Under the pieces are notes generated by a model. The model saw nothing but the letters and a program-made list of their open reading frames with translations, was not told where the DNA came from and did no database searches. From positions 512,001-576,000 of the forward strand of contig CAVOKF010000004.1 of assembly GCA_963696385.1 (NCBI GenBank): a stretch of DNA of 64,000 bases, given 5' to 3'. Both the position numbers and the translations under genes were made by a program. Origin of the DNA: an uncultured delta proteobacterium. Lineage in GTDB: Bacteria > Myxococcota_A > Polyangia > Polyangiales > Polyangiaceae. Below are positions 37,635-47,629 of the stretch, in pieces; positions within the stretch are counted from its first letter, which is position 1; each line of letters starts with the position of its first letter.

Positions 37635-38941
37635 GTGAACCAACCTGCAGCAAGCCTCCGCACCCGAAAGCCGACCCGCTCCGGACGGGCCTCTTCGCGC
37701 CCGCGCCGCGCGAAGCCAACACGCGGGCATCGCTTCGCCGTCACGCTGGTTGCGTGCCTCCTCGTCTGCGCGAGTGATGCCCGGCCGGTTGCCGCCGCCC
37801 CGGCCGGCGCTCCCATTAAAGTGTCTTGCATAGGGGAGCAGACCACCCACAGCGATCTCTATCCAGGGAATACCCAGGACCAGCCGGTCGGGATGCAAGA
37901 GTATCCCGCGATGCTTCAGGGGCTCCTCGGATCCGGTTACAACGTGATGAACTTCGGCGATTGCTGCGCCTCGGTAATCAGCGGCTACACCGCGTCCGAA
38001 ACGCACCCGTACATCAACGGAGATAAGTTTGGACCGAGCGTAAGCTTTGCGCCCGACATCGTAGTCATCGGGTCGTGGGGTCGTCACGACTGGGGAATGT
38101 CTGCGCAAAACGCGCTCGCGGCCTTCAAGGCGGGGGACACGACGACGGATTTCACGAAGTTTCAAACGGACTACGACACGTTGGTGTCCAAGTACCTCGC
38201 CATTACGCCTCAGCCCAAGATTTTTGTTCTACGCCGATTCCAATCCCGTTCGGCAATGACGGCCCGGACGACGGTTACAAGACCAGCCCGGCGGCCGCCG
38301 CGGTCAAAGCCGTCTGTCAAAAATACAATCTACCGATCATCGACCTCTTCACCGCCTTCACCGGACACATGGAGTACTACATCAATCCTCCGGAGAAGGA
38401 CTCCGAAGGAGAGCACACGAGCGTCGCCGGTATGACGGAGACGGCCCAGCTCGTGTACGACGCGATCACCGGCGCGGACGCCGGCGGCATCGTCCTCGCG
38501 GCGGCTTCCGACGGTGGCTCGGCGACCGGACCCGGGGCCCAAACAGATGCCGGCCAGTCCGACGCGTCACTCTCGGGAAGCAGCGCGGGCTTGGCCGCGG
38601 ACGACGACGGTGGCGTTGCTCCCGGCAGCAGCGCCGCAAGTTCCAGCGCCAGCGCCACGGGCGGGAGCTCGGGTGCGACCGGTGCCGCGTCGACGAGTGG
38701 GCCTGTGGGGACCGGCTCGGTGACGAGCGTTCCGAGCGCCACCGCCACCGCCGCAGCCACGACCGGTCCGAACGACAACCCCGTAGAGTCCACGACGGGC
38801 TCCTCTGGAAATACGGGTGGAGGATGCACCACGGCAGCCGGGGTGACCGCGTCCGTGTCCTGGAGCGGCGCGCTCTTTACCGCCCTTGGCTTGACGCTGA
38901 TCTCGCGGCGCCGCAAGCGGCCGTCGCGCCCTGAAGCTTGA
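37635..38941 (+). CDS. SGNH/GDSL-fold protein with MYXO-CTERM-type tail, split by a 1-nt frameshift near 38228
   Basis: VSCIGEQTT, YPAMLQGLLG..YNVMNFG, PDIVVI, PKIFV|STP, LPIIDL, EHTSVAG; tail GGGC...LFTALGLTLISRRRKR. Confidence 0.75.
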
Positions 38942-39017
38942 CGCCAATCTCGCCCCGCCGCAGCCGGCGGCGGCCATTCCGTGACCGCTGAAGGATTCAC
39001 GAAAGGACTTTCGTCGC

Positions 39018-40868
39018 ATGAAAACCCATAACTACGTACCGGGCGGTGAGCATCCGGACGCTGGGGATTCGCACTCGAACCCGCGGCGCACGCGCACTCC
39101 GATTACTTCCCGTGCGACCTGGATCCGTCGAGGGTGTCTGGCGCTGGCGCTGGCCGGCTGCACCGGCAAAATCGGCGGAGCCTTCCTGACGGGTACTGGG
39201 GCGGGGGAAACTGCCGGCTCTCCAAGCGGTGACACGGCAGCCGGAGCCGCAGGCGGCACAGCGGTGGCCGGTTCGGACGGTGGCCCTCCGGGTCCGTGCG
39301 TCGGGCTGACTACCCGTCGCGCAAGGCGTCTCGCCGGGCGCGAGTACGCCAACGTCGTCGGGGGCCTCTTGGGGCCGACGGCCCAAGCCGCAGTACTCGC
39401 CGCGTGGCCCAGTGAACCGACGGTCGAAGGCTTCGACAACCAAAACAGCGCGCTCTTCGTCTCGGCGTCTCTGCAACAAACCTTGGCCGCTCTCGCGCTT
39501 CAATTGTCGGCCGCCATCGACGTGAGCACTCTCGCCCCATGCGCAACGACTGCAGGTTCGGCGAGCTGCCTGCAGTCGTTTCTCACGTCGTTCACGTTGC
39601 AGGCGTTCGGCAGGCCTCTGACAAACAGCGAAAATTCGGCCTATCTTGCTCTCGCCAACACGGCGACGGACTATCCCACGTCCGTCCAGATGCTCGTCGA
39701 TATGGTGCTGCAGTCGCCCTACATGTTGTACACGAGCGAGCTCGGCCCCGACGACGGAATCGTCGAAAACGCCGAGGGCGGATTGACCGGGCCTGACGGG
39801 GGCGTGTTGCAAGGCGAAGGGGGCGCCCCACCGTCACTGCCGCCCGTCCAACTGACCTCCTACGAGATCGCGTCCCAGCTGTCTTTCCTCCTCACGGGCA
39901 CCCGTCCCGATGCCACTCTGCTGCAACTCGCGCAGACCACGGACTTGACCAGCGTCTCGGACCTCGAAGCCCAAGCCCAGCGCCTGCTCGCGACCACCGC
40001 GGGTCAGGCCTCTCTGGCTCGATTCATCACCGGTTGGATGGACATGGGTCCCATGGCCACCGTGCCGAAGTCGCCGGACGTGTACCCCGAGTACACGCCG
40101 GCCGTAGCTGCCGCCATGCAGCAGGAGTTCGACCAGTTCGTGACCACGCAGTTGAACGGCGGCAACGGTACGTTCGCTTCGTTCTTCACGGCCTCGAGCA
40201 CCAACATCCCCGCCGCGTTGGACTCCATTTACGGCAGCGACCTCCTTGCGTCGGGAGAGCTCGACCCCACACATCGCAAGGGCTTGCTCTCGTTGCCCGC
40301 GGTGCTGACGTACAACTCGAACGACATCAACTCGGGCCCCATCGAGCGCGGGCTTCTCGTTCGCCGCCAGCTATTCTGCCAGGTCGTCGCGCCGCCGCCG
40401 GCGGCCGCGCTCGCCGCCATCGCGTCCGACCCGTTCACGCTCGACGCGGGGATGACCACACGTCAATTCTTCGAGACCCATGCCAGCCAGCCGGCTTGCG
40501 CGGGCTGCCACGCCCAGTTCGACCCGGAAGGGTTCGGCATGGAGGATATGGACGGTCTCGGGCGGTTTCGAACCACTGACAATGGCTTGCCCGTCAATTC
40601 ACTGGGACAGCTGACGGGCACGGACGTGGACGGGACGTTCACGGGTCCGGCCCAATTGTCCGTCATCCTCTCGCAGAGCCAAGAGGTGACCAGCTGCATG
40701 GTTAGTCATTACTTCAGTTTCGATCAGGCTCGCGACCCAGCGACCGCGGACGAGTGCACCGTGCAAAATTGGACCAGTCAGCTCGAACAGAGCGGCGGAA
40801 AGATCATCGCCCTGGTCAACACCTCGGTGGCCGACAAAACCTTCGTTACCAGAGAGGATGACCGATGA
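39018..40868 (+). CDS. DUF1592/DUF1588 lipoprotein with haem-c motif (second copy)
   Basis: Lipobox LAGC; RRLAGREYAN, AFGRPL, SPYMLY, EIASQLSF, PIERG, CAGCH, EDMDGLG. Confidence 0.9.
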   Translation: MKTHNYVPGGEHPDAGDSHSNPRRTRTPITSRATWIRRGCLALALAGCTGKIGGAFLTGTGAGETAGSPSGDTAAGAAGGTAVAGSDGGPPGPCVGLTTRRARRLAGREYANVVGGLLGPTAQAAVLAAWPSEPTVEGFDNQNSALFVSASLQQTLAALALQLSAAIDVSTLAPCATTAGSASCLQSFLTSFTLQAFGRPLTNSENSAYLALANTATDYPTSVQMLVDMVLQSPYMLYTSELGPDDGIVENAEGGLTGPDGGVLQGEGGAPPSLPPVQLTSYEIASQLSFLLTGTRPDATLLQLAQTTDLTSVSDLEAQAQRLLATTAGQASLARFITGWMDMGPMATVPKSPDVYPEYTPAVAAAMQQEFDQFVTTQLNGGNGTFASFFTASSTNIPAALDSIYGSDLLASGELDPTHRKGLLSLPAVLTYNSNDINSGPIERGLLVRRQLFCQVVAPPPAAALAAIASDPFTLDAGMTTRQFFETHASQPACAGCHAQFDPEGFGMEDMDGLGRFRTTDNGLPVNSLGQLTGTDVDGTFTGPAQLSVILSQSQEVTSCMVSHYFSFDQARDPATADECTVQNWTSQLEQSGGKIIALVNTSVADKTFVTREDDR

Positions 40869-42280
40869 AACCGGGAGGCAATTTCCAGTTCTCTCGCCGA
40901 GCGTTGCTCAAGGCCGCGGGGTCCACGCTGCTCGTTCCGACATTTCTCAAGCAGGCGTTCGCTCAAACGGCCACGCCGGCCATGCCGAGCCTGATTCTCT
41001 TCATGCAGACCGGGGGCACCCATCAGGCCAGCTTCTGGCCGACGGGCACGACCTACGGTCCGACGTTTACGTCCCCGATTCTCGCGAATATGCTGACCGA
41101 CACCACGGTCGGTCCAAAAACCACGCTGGTCAGTGGCATCTACCTGAACGAAATCGGAAGCCCGGGCGGAGATGGCCACGACTGGGGTTGGCACGGGCTC
41201 TTTTCGGGGCACGACAACATCTCGAGCGGTGGCGACCAGTTTGGTGGCGGTCAATCGGTCGACCAGATCCTGATCAACCAACTGCAGTTCACGACGCCGT
41301 ACAAGAACATTCATTGCGGCGTCACGGCGGCCAACTATCAGTTGGTCAACGCAGGCCGCGCCTCGTGGGTCTGCGCATCGCCGGGCCTGCAGGTGGCTCC
41401 GCAAATCGACATTTACGCGCTGTACACACAGCTGTTCGGAACCGTGACCTCCGACGGTGGAGTCCCAACCGATGCGGCCACGCAGGCCGCAACCCTTCGG
41501 TTGGCGCAGCAAAAGTCTGTGCTCGACGTGGTCGCTTCGGACCTGCAGGCGTTGGAAAATCGCCTAGGCCCCACCGAACGCGCGAAGGTCGACATTCACT
41601 TGCAAGCCGTGCGCGACTTCGAGACGCGTCTGTCGACGACGGTAACGACGGGCACCACCACGAACCCGGCAATGTGCGGCAATGTGCAGCCGTCGATGTT
41701 GGGGGTACCGAGCACCGGGCAGGGCAACGAAGCCAACGCGCCGACCTTGTTTACGCTGTTCATGCAATTCATTGCGAGCGCGATCGGCTGCAACATGGTC
41801 CAGATCCTGACCTTCCAGGCCGGCCGGGGCGGCGAGCATTTTCACTATGACTGGTTGAATCTCGCAGGCATGCGACCGGATTTTCACAACGACATCGAGC
41901 ACGCCGACCTGCCGAGCGGCACGGACACTGTGGCCGCTTCGGTCATGGTGGGAGTGGCTCAGTACCAGGCCAACATGGTCTTGAGTCTTGCGCAGCAGCT
42001 GGCCCAGTTCCCCGCGCCCAACGGACAGACCGCGCTTGATAACACTCTGCTCGTCTATGGCAATGAAATTGCCACGGGTCCGCACGGCCTTCAAGATTAT
42101 CCGATCGTTCTCATCGGAGGCGCAGCGGGCAAGTTGACCAAAACCGGGTACATGGTGAGCTCGGGCACACAAATGCACCAGCGATTGGGCTGCACCATCG
42201 AGAACATCATGGGAATGCAATCGGCGGGCTTTGGTCAGGAGCCGGCGTGCGGAGTCATCCAGGGGCTGAGCCTCGCCTGA
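40865..42280 (+). CDS. DUF1552 protein, Tat-exported (second copy, divergent His motif)
   Basis: FSRRALLK; SVDQ, KSVLD, AIGCNMV, DFHNDIEH, ALDNTL, PIVLIGG; ATGA overlap with the upstream gene. Confidence 0.88.
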   Translation: MKPGGNFQFSRRALLKAAGSTLLVPTFLKQAFAQTATPAMPSLILFMQTGGTHQASFWPTGTTYGPTFTSPILANMLTDTTVGPKTTLVSGIYLNEIGSPGGDGHDWGWHGLFSGHDNISSGGDQFGGGQSVDQILINQLQFTTPYKNIHCGVTAANYQLVNAGRASWVCASPGLQVAPQIDIYALYTQLFGTVTSDGGVPTDAATQAATLRLAQQKSVLDVVASDLQALENRLGPTERAKVDIHLQAVRDFETRLSTTVTTGTTTNPAMCGNVQPSMLGVPSTGQGNEANAPTLFTLFMQFIASAIGCNMVQILTFQAGRGGEHFHYDWLNLAGMRPDFHNDIEHADLPSGTDTVAASVMVGVAQYQANMVLSLAQQLAQFPAPNGQTALDNTLLVYGNEIATGPHGLQDYPIVLIGGAAGKLTKTGYMVSSGTQMHQRLGCTIENIMGMQSAGFGQEPACGVIQGLSLA

Positions 42281-42549
42281 ACGCCCTGTCGTTCTGCTCA
42301 AGACGGACGCCGATCGCCGCCTTAGCCTGAGGTTCTTGGTCCGGGCGGGTGGGGAACTTCCGCTTAGCGGCCGGCTCCGCGGCGAGGCGAAGTCATCGCA
42401 ATCGGACGCTTGGCGCAACGGCGTGGCGAGCCCGGACACGCACTCCGGCTGGACACCGATGGTTGGCGCGGCTTTGCGCCGGCGCTAGCGTGACGCGCGC
42501 AGACCTCAGCGCCCCGCTCCGAGGCGCGCTCTGCCTCTGGAGACGAGCC

Positions 42550-44280
42550 ATGCGAGACCCGCTGGAAGACCTGAAAGGCGCGACGGTCATCGAGACCCGC
42601 AAGGCCGGCGCGTGGCTGCTTCACAATCCGTCCACGAACCACGGAACGGCTTTTGGCCGAGCGCAGCGGGACGAGCTGCGGGTTCGCGGAATGGTGCCGC
42701 ATCGCGTGACGACCCTCGAGGAACAAGCGACGACGGCCATCGCTCAGATCCGGGCCAAGGGCACGCCGCTCGAGCAGTACATCGGATTGGCCAGCCTCCA
42801 GGACCGCAACGAGGTGCTCTTCTACCGCGTGTTGGTCGACCACGTCGCAGAGTTGATGCCCATTGTGTACACGCCGACGGTGGGCGAGGCGTGCCAGAAG
42901 TTCAGCCACATCTACCGCAACGCGCGCGGGCTTTGGATCACGCCGGACGACGTCGGCGACATCCCGCGCGTCCTGAAGAACTCGCCGTTTCACGACATCC
43001 GCTTGATCGTGGCGACCGACAACGAGCGGATTCTGGGTCTCGGAGATCAGGGTTGCGGTGGCATGGGCATCCCGATCGGCAAACTGGCGCTGTACGTCGC
43101 GGGCGCGGGGATTCATCCGTCCAAGTGCCTGCCCATCAGCCTCGACGTTGGCACAGACAACCCGGACCTGCTGGCGGACCCGCTGTATCTCGGCTACCCG
43201 AAACGGCGACTGCGTGGGCGCGAGTACGACGAATTCATCGAAGCCTTCGTGCGGGGCGTGCGAGAGGTTTTTCCGCGGACGATTCTCCAGTGGGAGGATT
43301 TCCACAAGGACCGCGCCTTCGTACTGCTGGAGCGATATCGGCGCCGCATCGTGTCGTTCAATGACGACATCCAGGGTACCGCCAGCGTGACGGTGGCCGG
43401 GATTCTGGCTGCCTTGCGGATTACCAAGCAGCGGATGGCCGCTCAGCGCATCGTCTTCGTCGGCGCGGGCGCAGCATGCACGGGGATTGCACAGCTCTGC
43501 GCCATCGCGATGCGTGCCGATGGCGCCGCCGACGACGCGATTCGCGGTGCGCTGGTCGCGATCGACAGCGGAGGCCTCCTTCACGACGGCCGCTCGATCG
43601 ATGAACCCCACAAGCGGGAGCTGGCGCTGCCGCGTGCGGCGATGGTGCGGTACGGCCTCGACCCGAACGCGAATCTCTCGCTGGTGGACGTCGTTCGCGC
43701 GGTGAAGCCGACCGTTCTGGTCGGCGCCACGGCACAGGCCGGAGCCTTCACGCAAGAGCTGATCGACACCATGGCGCGTCACGTGGAGCGCCCCATCGTA
43801 CTTGCCCTCAGCAACCCGAACAGCAAGGCCGAATGCACGCCCGAGCAAGCCCTTCGCTGGACCGACGGACGCGCGCTCGTCGCCACGGGAAGCCCCTTCG
43901 CCGACGTGGAGTACGCGGGCAAACGCCATGTCATCGGGCAGGCGAACAACGTTTTCATTTTTCCGGGCGTGGGCCTGGGAACTGCGATTGCCGAAGCACG
44001 GGAGGTCTCGACGGAGATGTTTCACATCGCGTCGGCGACGCTCGCAAGGTCCGTGAGCCAGGACAGGCTCGATGCCGGCGCCATCTATCCAGACCAGGGC
44101 GATCTGCGCCGCGTGAGCTTCGAGATCGCCTGCGGCGTCGTGAAATATGCGAGCGAGAACAACCTCGGCCGCCGCATCGACCCTGAGAACGTGGAAGCGG
44201 TCGTGCGGCGCGCGGTGTGGGAGCCGAGTTACGCTCCGATTCGGCTTACCGGCGAGGAGCCCGCCGTCGCCTCGCGCTGA
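42550..44280 (+). CDS. maeA: NAD-dependent malic enzyme
   Basis: PIVYTPTVG, TDNERILGLGD, FNDDIQGT, GAGAA, LSNP, ATGSPF, QANNVFIFPG. Confidence 0.95.
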   Translation: MRDPLEDLKGATVIETRKAGAWLLHNPSTNHGTAFGRAQRDELRVRGMVPHRVTTLEEQATTAIAQIRAKGTPLEQYIGLASLQDRNEVLFYRVLVDHVAELMPIVYTPTVGEACQKFSHIYRNARGLWITPDDVGDIPRVLKNSPFHDIRLIVATDNERILGLGDQGCGGMGIPIGKLALYVAGAGIHPSKCLPISLDVGTDNPDLLADPLYLGYPKRRLRGREYDEFIEAFVRGVREVFPRTILQWEDFHKDRAFVLLERYRRRIVSFNDDIQGTASVTVAGILAALRITKQRMAAQRIVFVGAGAACTGIAQLCAIAMRADGAADDAIRGALVAIDSGGLLHDGRSIDEPHKRELALPRAAMVRYGLDPNANLSLVDVVRAVKPTVLVGATAQAGAFTQELIDTMARHVERPIVLALSNPNSKAECTPEQALRWTDGRALVATGSPFADVEYAGKRHVIGQANNVFIFPGVGLGTAIAEAREVSTEMFHIASATLARSVSQDRLDAGAIYPDQGDLRRVSFEIACGVVKYASENNLGRRIDPENVEAVVRRAVWEPSYAPIRLTGEEPAVASR

Positions 44281-44511
44281 TTCTGCCCCCGCGGCCCGCC
44301 AACCATCGCGGGCGCGCGCGCGTGGACGAGCGCGCTCAGAGATCGCCACGGCCGGTCCCGCTTTCGCCCCGGAAAGGCGACGACCACCCATAGCGTCCGC
44401 TATATTGGATGTTCCCGGACAAAAAAATTCAAGAATGGGCTCGCATGCCTTAATCGCTCCGTCATGCGTCCGCTTTACGAGACCACGTCGACGCTTTTTG
44501 AAGGAGTTAGC

Positions 44512-46248
44512 GTGTCCGAGGCTGCGGTACACGACCGAGGCAACGATCGTTTGGGGAAGTATCGCCTGCTCGCGGTGCTCGCCCGCGGAGGTATGGGGGA
44601 CGTGTACCTCGCCGTCGCGGACGGCATGGAAGGGTTCAGCAAGCTGCTCGTCGTCAAGGAGCTGCGGCGCGAGCAGGGAGACGACGATGTCTCGGTGGCC
44701 ATGTTCATGGACGAAGCGCGGCTCACCGCGCGGTTGAACCATCCGAACATCGTGCAGACGATCGAAGTCGGCAGCGACGGCGAACGCCGCTTCCTCGTCA
44801 TGGAGCACCTCGACGGCCAGCCGTTGCATAGGGTGCTGCGCCGCGCGCGACGGAGCGGCCGACCGCTTTCGACCGACCTCCATGTGCGCGTCCTGGCCGA
44901 CGTGCTCGAGGCGCTCGCGTACGCACACACCTTGACCGAGTTCGACGGCAAGCCACTCGGGGTCGTCCACCGGGACGTGAGTCCGCAGAACGTTTTTTTG
45001 ACGTACGAAGGCCAGGTCAAACTCATCGATTTTGGAATCGCCAAGACGCACCTGGCCTCGCAGCACACGAGCGCGGGCGTTCTGAAGGGCAAGATCCGGT
45101 ACATGTCGCCCGAGCAGGCGACCGGCCAGCCCATAGACTTTCGCTCCGACATTTTCTCCGTCGGCGTCATGCTCTGGGAGGCCCTCCTGGGTCGTGGCCC
45201 CTGGGAAGGTCAGAGCGACCTGCAGACTCTGCACGGACTCATGATGGGTGCGATCCCACGGCTGCAGTCCGATCGCCCACGAGAACTGCCCCTCGGCCTC
45301 GTGGCTGCCACTCATCGTGCCATGTGCGTCATGCCCCAGGAGCGTTACCCCTCGGCGCGCGCCATGCGAGACGACTTGTTGCGTGACCGATCGTCGGCTC
45401 CTGTCGGCGGCTCGAATCAGCTCCGCGAGATCGTCTCAGGCCTCTTTGCCGAGGAGCGCCGCGAGCTCGGCGCCGTGATCGACGCCCAGCTTCGCGCGAT
45501 GAGGGCCGAGGCGTCGCTGCACCTCGTGAGCCTGACGCGCGTGCGTACTCAGACGCACGATGTCGCGGCGAACCGTGGCACAGGGGCGAGCTCTCCGGAA
45601 GAGGGATCGAGCGCGTCGATGCCGTCGCGCGCCGAGGCGCCAGCGGTACCCGCATCGCACGGCCCGATGGCCGATCCCCCTCGTGCCATGCGTTCCCACA
45701 CTCGTGTCGTGGCTGCGTTCGTGGTGGCTGCGCTCGCGGCGACGGTTGCGTCCGTTATCGTACGAGCGAGGTGGGCACCCTCCGTAGCCGCCCCAGTTGC
45801 CGCCCTTGCGATGGCGCCAACGGCCTCGGTAGCGAACGCGGAGCCGCGCGTCCCGGAGATCGAGGCTTCTCCGGCCGTGCGGGTGACCGTTCACGCGTTG
45901 CCTCAAACGGCGAAGATTTACGTCGACGACGTCTTGGTCGAAAACCCGTACGTGGCCCAATTCGCTCGCAGCGGCGCGGTCCATTCGTTGCGTGCCGAAG
46001 CTCCGGAATACACCACCAAAAGCAAGACTTTTACACAGGCGGCGAACATCGACGTGGAGATTTCGCTCGAGCGCGAGCCGGTCCGGCGGCGCGGTGTGCG
46101 CGAGGTGTCGGAGCCCTCCGTTCGGCCGGCATCGTCGAGCGCGAGCGTCAGCACGGAGCCACCGCCGCCGGTACGATCGTTCGATATTCGTGTCCCGCGC
46201 GCGCGACCGCAACGAGAACTCGACAAGGTGAACCCTTACGCCCAATGA
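44512..46248 (+). CDS. Membrane Ser/Thr protein kinase (Hanks type)
   Basis: GGMGDVY, VVKE, HRDVSPQN, DFG, YMSPEQ; TM helix and PEGA-like C-terminus. GAAGGAG RBS before GTG 44512. Confidence 0.92.
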   Translation: MSEAAVHDRGNDRLGKYRLLAVLARGGMGDVYLAVADGMEGFSKLLVVKELRREQGDDDVSVAMFMDEARLTARLNHPNIVQTIEVGSDGERRFLVMEHLDGQPLHRVLRRARRSGRPLSTDLHVRVLADVLEALAYAHTLTEFDGKPLGVVHRDVSPQNVFLTYEGQVKLIDFGIAKTHLASQHTSAGVLKGKIRYMSPEQATGQPIDFRSDIFSVGVMLWEALLGRGPWEGQSDLQTLHGLMMGAIPRLQSDRPRELPLGLVAATHRAMCVMPQERYPSARAMRDDLLRDRSSAPVGGSNQLREIVSGLFAEERRELGAVIDAQLRAMRAEASLHLVSLTRVRTQTHDVAANRGTGASSPEEGSSASMPSRAEAPAVPASHGPMADPPRAMRSHTRVVAAFVVAALAATVASVIVRARWAPSVAAPVAALAMAPTASVANAEPRVPEIEASPAVRVTVHALPQTAKIYVDDVLVENPYVAQFARSGAVHSLRAEAPEYTTKSKTFTQAANIDVEISLEREPVRRRGVREVSEPSVRPASSSASVSTEPPPPVRSFDIRVPRARPQRELDKVNPYAQ

Positions 46249-47219
46249 AGCGGCCCCTGCAGATCATTGTCGTAGTTGGGCTGCGGCTCCTCTGCCCGGA
46301 TGCGTCCTGGGCCGCCTCGCCGGACGCCACCTCCCATGAGGCGTCGATGCACTTCGAGCGCGGCGTCAAGCTCTCGGAGGACGAGGATTGGCGTGCGGCT
46401 CTCATCGAGTTCGAGCGCGCCTACGCCATTGAGCCAAACTATCGCGTCCTCTTCGATATTGGCCAATGCCGATATCAGCTGCATGAATATCCGGGCGCGC
46501 TGGCCGCGTTTCAGAAGTATCTCGCGGAGGGCAAGGACGCTATCGCGGCGGATCGGAGGGCGCTCGTCGAGTCGGACATCGATGTTCTGAAGGGTCGCGT
46601 CGCGACCGTGCGACTCTCGAGTGGGTTCTCGGGGGCCGACGTCAGCGTCGACGATGCGATCGTCGGAACGACGCCCCTGGTGGCTCCGATCGTCGTCAGC
46701 GCAGGGCGGCGCAAAGTTACTGTGAGCAAGGCCGGCGGGCCGAGCGTCACCCGCTTTATTGACCTGGCAGGCGAGGAAACCGCCGAGGTCACCATCGACC
46801 CGCCGGCGGCGCCTGCCGACGTGGCACACGCGCCCCTCGCCGCTCCGGCCGCGATGGGCGCCACGCCCGAGTCGCCCGCTCACCGCCGCTCCCTCGTTCC
46901 GGCTTGGACGGCGCTGGGACTTGGCGTGGTCGGAGCAGGCGCCGGAGCTTTCTTCGGCGTCTCGGCAATGCGCGATAAGCGCGACCTCGATCGGCAATGC
47001 GTGTCGAAGATCTGCCCGCTCTCGAGCCAATCGCTCGTCACGACCTCCCAGCGAAATTCGCTCTATTCGACGATCGGGTTCGTGGCTGGGGCCGCCAGCA
47101 TGACGTTCGGCGCGGGCTACCTGATCTTCGCGCCCGGCGCGGCTCGCGCGCGACCCACCGCTCCGCGCCTTGGGCTCTTTGTCGACACACGGTCGGTTGG
47201 GGCGGCGGGAGTCTTTTGA
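46245..47219 (+). CDS. TPR + PEGA domain exported protein
   Basis: HFERGV...ALIEFERAY...VLFDIGQC (TPR); GADVSVD..VGTTPL (PEGA); two C-terminal hydrophobic segments; ATGA overlap. Confidence 0.85.
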   Translation: MKRPLQIIVVVGLRLLCPDASWAASPDATSHEASMHFERGVKLSEDEDWRAALIEFERAYAIEPNYRVLFDIGQCRYQLHEYPGALAAFQKYLAEGKDAIAADRRALVESDIDVLKGRVATVRLSSGFSGADVSVDDAIVGTTPLVAPIVVSAGRRKVTVSKAGGPSVTRFIDLAGEETAEVTIDPPAAPADVAHAPLAAPAAMGATPESPAHRRSLVPAWTALGLGVVGAGAGAFFGVSAMRDKRDLDRQCVSKICPLSSQSLVTTSQRNSLYSTIGFVAGAASMTFGAGYLIFAPGAARARPTAPRLGLFVDTRSVGAAGVF

Positions 47220-47221
47220 CG

Positions 47222-47602
47222 ATGACCCCGACAGCCCGAAGGCTTCTGGCAGCCGCGGCAGGCGTGCGCATGCTGGCCACCGCCCTGGTGGCGAGCGGGT
47301 GCAGTACCCTCATCGGCCTCGACGGCTACACGACGCGTTCGGAGGCCCCGGATGGCAGCCAAATCGAGAGGCCCGTTGACGCAAGCGCCGACACCCTGGC
47401 CCCAATTTCCGCAGACTCCGCGAGTTGTGAAATCGATGCGTCGTTTGAATGCTACGCGTGCACCCCGACGCAGCCCTCGCAGTTTCTCAATGCATGCACG
47501 ACGGCGACGTGCGTTCCGTTCGACGATTCCGTGCGGTTGACCAATCTGCTGGACGATGGGGGCCTGCCGCCGTTGCCGGTTGCCGAAGCGGGAGCCGATT
47601 GA
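47222..47602 (+). CDS. Small Cys-rich lipoprotein
   Basis: Lipobox ASGC; ECYACTP...FLNACTTATCVPFDD. Confidence 0.75.
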   Translation: MTPTARRLLAAAAGVRMLATALVASGCSTLIGLDGYTTRSEAPDGSQIERPVDASADTLAPISADSASCEIDASFECYACTPTQPSQFLNACTTATCVPFDDSVRLTNLLDDGGLPPLPVAEAGAD

Positions 47603-47629
47603 TGCACGAGCAACCCCGGGGGGCCTGAC

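Noticed and set aside
42364..45315. 983-aa minus-strand ORF, and similar long antisense ORFs (163-1692 +, 2890-4788 -, 12471-14054 -, 15021-16874 -)
   Set aside because: Shadow or alternate frames of clearly recognisable genes; expected in high-GC DNA; Arg/Pro-rich with no motifs.
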